Assembly: GCA_002269645.1 (NCBI GenBank)
Contig: NIVC01000382.1
Span: 496,001-560,000 of the forward strand
Source: Macrostomum lignano
Taxonomy: Eukaryota
Direction of reading: 5' to 3'
Length of the DNA: 64,000 nucleotides
Shown here one piece after another: positions 61,501-64,000 of the stretch. The number at the start of each line of letters is the position of its first letter. Within the stretch, counting starts at the first letter, position 1. Made by a program: the position numbers and the translations under genes. The notes under the pieces are model-generated. The model saw nothing but the letters and a program-made list of their open reading frames with translations, was not told the DNA's origin and made no database searches.

Positions 61501-64000
61501 CACCATCAAATAAAGCTTCGAGTACATATACGTACATGTAAGGCATCGCAAAGCCAATAGCATAAACCAGCTCAAAACATACATGCATTAACGCAACTTT
61601 ATCATCAGAGACAAGTTATCATCATTCCCGACTTCCGGACTCCTATCTGGTGGGATGATAAAAATGAAACCGTACAAGCAAACATGGATTGGCAAATATT
61701 AGGAAGTATTTCTTTTTATGCATGTATGTACCCTGCCAATTTTGTAAATTAAATAGACCGGATATGTGTAATTCTAAATGTCACTATATGATAAATTTCG
61801 TCCGCACGTGGGATTTTGGGAACTGACGCAAATAGAGGTTGTATTTTTGCATTTTTTTATTCAAGTCGTCTTGCCTGTTTCAAATCCTCTTTCCTAAAAC
61901 ACAACCTGCTCACTTGGCTTAACTCTATGCTAACTTTAGCGGGTTTTATATTGTCCCAACTCCTCAATCGCATGAAAACAATAAAAATTGAACTCCAACA
62001 CCTTAAACCAGCGTTCCTCATCTTTCACTAGTTGGTTTCCGTGAACATTCTCCAAGTGTCTACAAATCATTTTTACCAGATTTCAGTCTCTTATCCCCAA
62101 TAATTCTTGCAAACAAAAATTCTAACACCTAACTAACCCAGTTGCTCAGACTTTTGTTGCACAAGCACTCTTCGAAAATTTGGAATTTTAGAGGGTCATA
62201 CTGTATTATACTAGAATACTAGAATATACAGGATATAGTAAGCAACATTTGAACTAAAACAACTATAAAGTGAATGCTATTACAGAATGACCTGACTATA
62301 CTCAGACAACTTGAATGCACAGTAACCGTATAACTGCTGGTAATTTATTTTTTAAACAGCTAGACTACTTTCGTAGTGCGACCTTTTTATGAAAAAAAAT
62401 GCTGAAAACAAAAAACATATATTTCAAGCTACCATCAAGGTATAGTTGTTCAGTCTGAAGCTTTAGCAAAAATGAATGATATAAAATGTTGGACTGTTAT
62501 AGATACGCTCGTATTTAACTTGCTCTGGAGGACTAGAAGTCTAGAACGATATCGCTGAGTGTAACCATATTGCTGGTCTGAGAGTATGAGATCCATCCGT
62601 TAATGATTAATCCATTAATTTTAGACCAGGAGCTCTCAGAAACCTGTTCCCATCCTTTACTCTTAGGCAACTAGATAAACTCTGCTACCACTTTAGATTT
62701 TCGGGAACATGCATTAGGGAGAAATGTATCTACAAGTATCTACTTGCAGAGACATTGCTGAAAGCAAAATTATAGCTAAAAGCAATTCCAGGTGAGTGGA
62801 CAAGTGGGCCGCTTTACTGAAAAACTACGCGCCAGCAAGTTATGCTAGGAATAAAATTCTGCTTCAAGACTCTACCTGTAGCGTTTGAATGATACAGTTC
62901 TGAAGTACATTAATTTATAGTTTTTTTTCAACAGCAAATGTTTGAAGAGATGATAAAATTCCCAGAGCATATATAGAAAGAACTTAATACTATAGTTGAA
63001 GTTAAAAACGAATTTAAACAGATTGCGTCCGACAATTTTACGACAATGGGACTCTATATTCGCGATTTGTGTAATTTATTGATTAAACTAGTAAATTAAG
63101 ATAGTAAAAAACTAAAAGAATCGACATTTTTATTTATAGCTTAATGAATATTTTTTGTTTCGGGCGAGATGAGATACTCGTAAAAGGTTCTTCTGTTGTG
63201 TTTTTAGTTAATTGATTTGATTCAGTTAGTTGGATACACTTGGATCTCGCTCAATATATTTATAGTCAAAGCATGCACGATGTACATTACTCAATCGTTA
63301 GCTAACATTGGCACGTTAAACTGAACACTGATTGTGCAATAACTTCTCAATAGATGTCAAAGCAAACTATTCAATGAGTCAACATGCAACTAAATCACGT
63401 TGCACTGTCACAACATCTTTTAATTTTCTGCAAATAACTTAACAGTAAACAACAACAGTTCTACGGAGAAAGTCTTTTCCGCGAAACTTTGATCTGAATT
63501 AGTTATTCCGGAGGCGAGTTATTAAGCTTATAATAGTAAATTTAACACAAATCAAACTTAGGAGCATCATTGGCAGGAAGAGCGATGCGCGGAAGGCAAC
63601 CACCGTGAAAGCAGCGGCTCGAATTGAGTTTTAATTTCTATATGTATCTAGGGAAAATCGGTGAGCTATATGCTATGCTGCAATGTCCCCCTGAATCTCT
63701 TTATTACGATTTACTAAGATTTAGGGACAACTATGGACCCCGATACACAGAGGGATTGAGAGAGAGAATGCAGGCGACACAGGCAGGACAGACAAGCTGG
63801 GGTTTTAAAACTGGTTAAATGACTCCACAAGACAACGCAAATTGGCTTGTCTGCCAAACTTTGTTTTATACATGTACGACGCATGACATGTGCTACAATT
63901 TTGCATTGAAATTGCGAGCGAGAGTATATCATACTACATTCCTAAGCTCAATATCCCGTGATGGAACAACTTTTTGGCGGAAAACTTACAGTTGTTTACC

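Noticed and set aside
61000-64000. Coding potential in the last 3 kb
   Set aside because: AT-rich with only short ORFs and no motifs; treated as intergenic or intronic.

Overview
Eukaryotic, metazoan genomic DNA, with spliceosomal introns and TTAGGG repeats. A free-living flatworm such as Macrostomum is plausible but cannot be proven from the sequence. Host genes: an intronless TET dioxygenase (1-nt frameshift and non-canonical active-site residues), an intronless DEG/ENaC channel plus a decayed paralog, a two-exon F-box gene, three copies (intact, frameshifted, truncated) of a WW-less PCIF1/CAPAM-like NPPF adenine methyltransferase, a PAN+F-type lectin gene and a 5-exon secreted 2xCUB gene. 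About 26 kb of the window is Helitron DNA on the minus strand, in two head-to-tail arrays. The first (15829-35617, 19.8 kb, four units) sits in a single A|T site that splits a Penelope-like remnant; the empty paralogous site is at 48293/48294. It contains a 9-exon, nearly intact RepHel gene with an STPR-OTU-ZnF-HUH-PIF1 architecture. Six Helitron 5' ends carry the same motif (GGATTAAATATTCGAAAAAC) 169-185 bp inside the 5' TC. Also present: a Tc1/IS630-like element, an RTE fragment, SINE remnants, a 2.24-kb solo-LTR-like element and several mini/microsatellites. All splice models and alignments were worked out by eye, and no database searches were run.
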